NCBI GenBank assembly: GCA_002256025.1
Contig: NKIB01014175.1
Location: forward strand, 1 to 46,527
DNA from: Asterionella formosa
Lineage: Eukaryota
DNA: 46,527 nucleotides
Direction: 5' to 3'
The notes under the pieces were generated by a model. That model was not told where the DNA came from, made no database searches, and saw only the letters and a program-made list of their open reading frames with translations. The translations under genes and the position numbers were made by a program. How positions within the stretch are numbered: position 1 is the stretch's first letter; the number at the start of each line of letters is the position of its first letter. Positions 45,131-46,527 of this stretch are shown here, piece after piece.

Positions 45131-46315
45131 ACTGGCCATTTTCGCGCCTGAATAATTACCCTTCCTCAATAAAGAAACAAGATCACTCATCTCTTGAGAA
45201 AGATCTTCATCTTCATTTCGAGCAGACAATGAATTGGGGTTTGGGAGGCACTCATGATAGAATAAGAAGGTACTAGAGTGTTCTCTGATGTACACCGAAC
45301 ACCAGTAATAGTGTAAGTCGTATACTATTGTGGCTGTTGCGACGTCTCAATGCTTGTTGTACTATGAAGACTACAGGTATTGTATCACGTCGTCATAATG
45401 CCTGCTGCATGACTTGTTCAATGTCGAAAACGTCAGTACATTATATAAACTGTACATTTTACGAAAAATGTTCTTATTTTTCGATCTCCATTTCGTAATC
45501 GAAAAGAGTCATTTGAAACCTATTTACGAAAATAATCTATCATTGATAAAAATGAATATTGATTTGCTACATATTTAGTCACAAAGGTTGGTCCCGAATT
45601 CAGGCCTCCTAGATCACAGGAGTGTGTTGGAGAATATAGATGCTGACATATGGTCCACACTACGAGTCAGTATACTGGTCATTTGTATACTAGTAGCTAC
45701 TAGGAGCAATGCTGGTATATTACCAACAGTAGTAGCGCTAAATCGGTTCTGCCCTGTCAATGACGGCAGCACCATACTGCTGGCTGGAGCAGCACTTTAC
45801 TACCAGGTACTACTGGTTTGCACACCAGCAGCTGCCGGCAGGAATTTAGTGATGCTTAGCAGTAACAGGCTTTGTACCTGGTAACTGGTGGTAGTACCTA
45901 GTACCGGCCATCAGACGATGGTTCTGTGTTACCAGGCAGGTACCATGATGATACTTCCGGCGGGAATTTAGTGATGCTACCAGACTGTGTACTGGTACCA
46001 GATTTTATGCATAGTAGTACTGGTATAACAGCACCAGCACAATGCTGCTGGTACCAAGTAGGCAGGTCTATGGTACCAGGCTGTACATTTCATACACAGC
46101 TTACTGTCAGCACCTCTGATCTTGCTACTGGCATTTCTCTACCTTTGCTTCCCTTAGGATTCTGTAGATTCATTACTCATTCCATGATGCCAGCACTTCA
46201 TTAGTTGCTTCTGGCACTTCCTCACCTTCCTCATTTTGCCAACTAGAATTAAGCTCATAGTATAATTGAAAACATCAGTTTTGTCAACCAAACTTACATT
46301 CATTCCTTTCTTTCA

Positions 46316-46431
46316 ACCTTGGATCCCTACAAGATCTACCACCTTGGATCCCTACAAGATCCACCCTTCTCAACCTTTCACACAGTTTGTCACTTAAGTT
46401 CTAGTACACAACCTTGGATCCTTCTACAATC
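46316..46431. repeat. 25-bp minisatellite (2 copies plus a partial third)
   Basis: accttggatccctacaagatc(t/c)acc at 46316 and 46341; accttggatccttctacaatc at 46411. Confidence 0.85.
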
Positions 46432-46527
46432 TGTAATCTTCTGGAAATTTCTAGTTTTCATTACCTTCCATTTAAGACTCAATCTCTTATATATATCACT
46501 ACATGATCATCAAGTGATATACTGACT

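Noticed and set aside
45835..46431. CRISPR-like array from short direct repeats (22-bp pair at 45835/45957; 25-bp units at 46316)
   Set aside because: Only 2-3 copies, no regular spacers, no cas genes, eukaryotic context.
1..46527. Fanzor/TnpB, hammerhead ribozyme or telomerase RNA
   Set aside because: No RuvC/zinc-finger motif set in any ORF; the CTGATGA sites I checked lack the GAAA core and stems; no telomere template beyond short chance matches.

Overview
Eukaryotic nuclear DNA, most likely a diatom (short GT-AG introns, diatom-type gene families, CoDi-like Copia elements). Seven apparently intact host genes sit among decayed transposons: a membrane-anchored cyclophilin-fold protein, a DUF676 lipase-like hydrolase (1 intron), a signal-peptide dual-SET-domain protein, an NHE8-like Na+/H+ exchanger (2 introns), a mitochondrial-type ribosome recycling factor head-to-head with an HI0933/YhiN flavoprotein, and a 115-aa helical protein. 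The centre (13720-26675) is a nest of two unrelated, inactivated Ty1/Copia LTR retrotransposons with recognisable LTRs, PPTs and target duplications. The inner element has a PDZ-like domain between integrase and RT. Other elements are a TTAA-flanked Kolobok-like non-autonomous DNA transposon, a CACTA/Plavaka-like transposase relic, a tRNA-headed SINE-like dimer with a structured body, two inverted copies of an unknown ORF family and several local tandem duplications. Dense GTAC/GGTACC/CCWGG clusters recur upstream of gene starts. All identities and counts are by eye; no searches were run.
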